A stretch of DNA of 63,985 nucleotides, counting the filler, from Reticulomyxa filosa (lineage: Eukaryota > Protista > Foraminifera): NCBI GenBank assembly GCA_000512085.1. It is 13 parts of 13 records of this genome, joined end to end, with 100 filler letters (N's around TTAATTAATTAA, not from the genome) between each part and the next. Parts side by side here need not be neighbours in the genome. Positions count along the whole stretch, not along the records: positions 59,514 to 62,805 come from ASPP01023263.1; positions 62,906 to 63,985 come from ASPP01018852.1; 11 more parts are not named here. One strand, given 5' to 3'. Below are positions 61,847-63,985 of the stretch, piece after piece (position 1 is the stretch's first letter; the number at the start of each line of letters is the position of its first letter). The notes beneath the pieces are model-generated. The model ran no database searches. It was not told where the DNA came from and saw nothing but the letters and a program-made list of their open reading frames with translations. The position numbers were made by a program, and so were the translations under genes.

Positions 61847-62805
61847 TCAGGGATTTAATTGATTTGATTGCGTTGTTTGCGACTGTTGTTGTTGTTGCTG
61901 TTGTTGAGGAATGAGTTGCGTTTGCCCTATTTGAGTTCCCGTTGTCATTTGGGGAAACGTTTGCATGCCCGCCATAGGTTGGAACATAGGATATTGTTGC
62001 TGGTACGGATAGCCAGTTGAATTGGGAAAGGATACGGGTTGATACATTGGCTGGTATTGCTGGTATTGCTGGTATTGCATGCCCATCATCGGATAAATAG
62101 GATATTGCATATATCCGGGATTGGTAAACTGATTTAACTGCTGTACGCTCGCCGTTCCGGATGGCATTAAGGGTTGTTGAATGTATCCACCGTTAGTCAT
62201 AGGAGTATATTGCGTGGTTAACGGAGTGGTGGTCGTCGTCGTCAATGGCTGTGTTGTTGACGTTAGAGGCTGCGAGACTGTCGGCGACGTCAATGGTTGT
62301 GACAACGTAGACGTTGATGATTGAGAGAGAGTCGATGTTAATGGCTGCGATAGCGTTGTTGTTGTCAGTGGTTGAGAAGAAGTCGTTGATATCAACGGTT
62401 GAGAGAACGTCGGAGTCAATGACTGTGAAGTTGTCAATGGCTGAGAAAGAGACGTGGTGGACTGCAAAGTGGTTTGGTTTGATGACTGTACCAAAGGTTG
62501 CCACGTCGTTGGTGTTGATTGCAGCTGAGTCTGCAACAATACATTTTGTTGCAAGGTTGAAGTCGAAGACAACATTGTATTTTGTGTTGTGTCTGTGAAC
62601 TGTTTGATTTGTTCTTTTTTCTCTTCCTTGACCAATAAAGGATGCTGTATATAATATATGACACCATAAAGCAAATAAAAAAATATATATATATGTATGT
62701 ATATATTCATCATGTTTGTGGAAATTATAGCATTAAACACTCCCAAGATTAACAACACACCTGCCATTGAGTTGTCTTGGTGTTGTGGTTAATGTAGTAC
62801 GGAGT
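61847..62805 (-). CDS. Gln/Thr/Ser/Pro-rich low-complexity C-terminus of a 5'-partial gene
   Basis: About 8 imperfect (T)n-SQPL repeats followed by a Q/Y/P/M-rich tail. Probable intron at ~62648-62760. Confidence 0.65.
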
Positions 62806-62905
62806 NNNNNNNNNNNNNNNNNNNNNNNNNNNNNNNNNNNNNNNNNNNNTTAATTAATTAANNNNNNNNNNNNNNNNNNNNNNNNNNNNNNNNNNNNNNN
62901 NNNNN

Positions 62906-63780
62906 CGCAGAACCAACAAAAACGAATACATTCGGTTCGTTTGAAGGAGAACGGATAACAACCACCTTGGGCATGAAACTGCTTCTGGAGTTATACGACT
63001 GCTGCATGGCGTGGCAGAGCGAGTTCAAAAGTTCGTCTGCACATGGCCAAGGAAATCGGACGCTTCTTCAACCTGGATCCCAGTGGCGTGGAGAGTCTGT
63101 TGATGCAACGCACGCCAGAGTTGAGAGGAGACGATGGACAATTGATGTTTCTGTACAACAAGAATGAAAAGCGTTGTGTGCTGCGCAATCCCCAGTTGAC
63201 AGCTTCACAAGCGAAAAAGGGCAGTGTCAATACCAATACCAATGTCAATGCAAATGCAAGTGAAAAGGAGCTGAAACGACAATCGTGGACTAACTTTATT
63301 CTAACTTAACATGCACTGTGTTCGATGTTGGCCACACACATTGCAATCTGTTCCATCAAACTTGTCCTACTCATAGGCGAAACGGGCAATTGCAAAACGG
63401 CGTCCTGGCACAACGCATGAATCAGAAACTGGTCATCCAAAACCTGTCCCAGTCCACCGACAGTAGCGAATTTTTGGGGGGAGTGGGGTACAAACATGTT
63501 GATATGTACATCCACGCTATGCCCGTCATTTTGGCCTGCTCTTTTCTAAGACATTGTCGTGGCTGAATCTGAAGCAAAATCCGTACAAACACGCCACAGA
63601 TGAAATCAAGCGGAACTTTGATTCCAAAAATTGGGCGGCCATGATTGAGCGAACGAAAATTATGGTTGAACGAATGGTCAATCGTTTTGTTTCGACGTCA
63701 TTGTTGTTGTCCTCTATCGATTCCAATACCAATGAAAATATCAATGAAAATATAAATAAAAAAAAATATCAATGAAAACG
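62906..63780 (+). pseudogene. Fragmented coding sequence of unknown function
   Basis: Higher-GC coding-like sequence spread over four short consecutive ORFs in different frames, with no clear introns between them. Confidence 0.35.
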
Positions 63781-63985
63781 TCAATAAAAATGCAAATACA
63801 AATAAACAATCATTCGACTTACAGTCAACACAGTCGACACAGCTACCAAAGAAATGCAACTTGAATGAAACATTTGGACTGACTCAACAACACTTGCCAC
63901 CTTTGAAGAAGCCAAGAAAAGTAGGCACAACAACGACAGACGAAAAAGAAAGAGAATCTACATTGAACACACGATCGAAGCCGAC

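Noticed and set aside
6519-62905. Twelve identical TTAATTAATTAA palindromes flanked by Ns, as a dispersed repeat or CRISPR-like array
   Set aside because: Exact 44+12+44 structure with six-frame stops marks an artificial concatenation spacer.
56-63744. Numerous 60-160 aa ORFs antisense to real genes or spanning poly-A/T and (TA)n tracts
   Set aside because: They are shadow frames or intron read-through (poly-F/K, YIYI) with no domain signal.

Overview
This window is not one locus. It is 13 small contigs joined by 12 artificial 100-nt spacers (N44-TTAATTAATTAA-N44), so adjacency across a spacer means nothing. Twelve contigs are AT-rich eukaryotic DNA with short GT-AG introns, long poly-A/T and (TA)n tracts, homopolymer frameshifts and many WD40/TPR/NACHT-type genes and pseudogenes. 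The style suggests a rhizarian protist, most likely the foraminiferan Reticulomyxa filosa (inference, not verified). Recognisable genes: METTL16, a Hop1/HORMAD-type HORMA protein, a cyclin, Ras, Rab21, SCAMP, a calpain-7-like C-terminus, a PHD/CHD-like fragment, PPR, LRR, ankyrin and C2H2 proteins, a PrsW-type intramembrane protease, an MhpD-like hydratase, a divergent Miro-like protein and a CUE/PUB/ADP-ribosyltransferase-like protein. One contig (14165-16950) is bacterial, probably from an intracellular symbiont. It carries a CCA-encoding tRNA-Asn overlapped in antisense by the C-terminus of a probable large serine recombinase, an IS6 element truncated by a 109-bp IS6-derived MITE, an IS4/IS231-type left end with a perfect 14-bp hairpin next to its start codon, and a frameshifted unknown protein. 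All family calls come from reading motifs by eye; no searches were run, and many exon boundaries are approximate.
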